A stretch of DNA of 64,000 bases from Gammaproteobacteria bacterium (GTDB lineage Bacteria > Pseudomonadota > Gammaproteobacteria > UBA4575): NCBI GenBank assembly GCA_965243395.1, contig CBDEUS010000002.1, positions 1,024,001 through 1,088,000 on the forward strand, written 5' to 3'. Both the position numbers and the translations under genes were made by a program. The notes beneath the pieces were generated by a model, which did not search any database, was not told where the DNA came from, and was given only the letters and a program-made list of their open reading frames with translations. Below are positions 63,967-64,000 of this stretch, in pieces (position 1 is the first letter of the stretch; every line of letters starts with the position of its first letter).

Positions 63967-64000
63967 GCAGAAAATTTAATTTTATGAAATGATCCATCAG

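Overview
Low-GC gammaproteobacterial chromosome segment, mostly conserved housekeeping blocks: ffh-rpsP-rimM-trmD-rplS; htpG; pcnB-folK-dNK-panB-panC-pgi; queG/nnr-tsaE-amiB...mutL-miaA-hfq-hflXKC-hisZ-purA; rnr-rlmB-rpsF-rpsR-rplI-dnaB-alr-fadD; ispG; tRNA-Arg(CCT), tRNA-Leu(CAA), queA-tgt-yajC-secDF and suhB. Small accessory patches interrupt these blocks. I saw no integrase, transposase, prophage, CRISPR array or rRNA. The most interesting signal is a family of dispersed small proteins sharing an exactly spaced ~37-aa N-terminal module, [DE]RR-x2-3-[DE]RR-x7-[FY]P[FL]xD[SD][DH]xxxVxx[SDE]RR-x3-DRR. It is fused to intact FHA domains (two tandem genes) and to an unknown domain, with a looser variant on a DUF5658-like membrane protein. 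By analogy to arginine-rich c-di-GMP-binding repeats, this may link c-di-GMP to phosphothreonine signalling; this is inference. A GGDEF protein with a degenerate EAL domain is also in the window. Other items: a two-gene ArsI/CadI-SigZ cassette with no anti-sigma or ArsR, two diverged copies of a ~125-bp MITE-like element, two small membrane ORFs missing from the ORF track, a duplicated GATase gene start, two divergent genes whose start codons overlap in one CATG, and a DnaB with a periodic acidic tail. All family assignments are from motif recognition; no searches were run.
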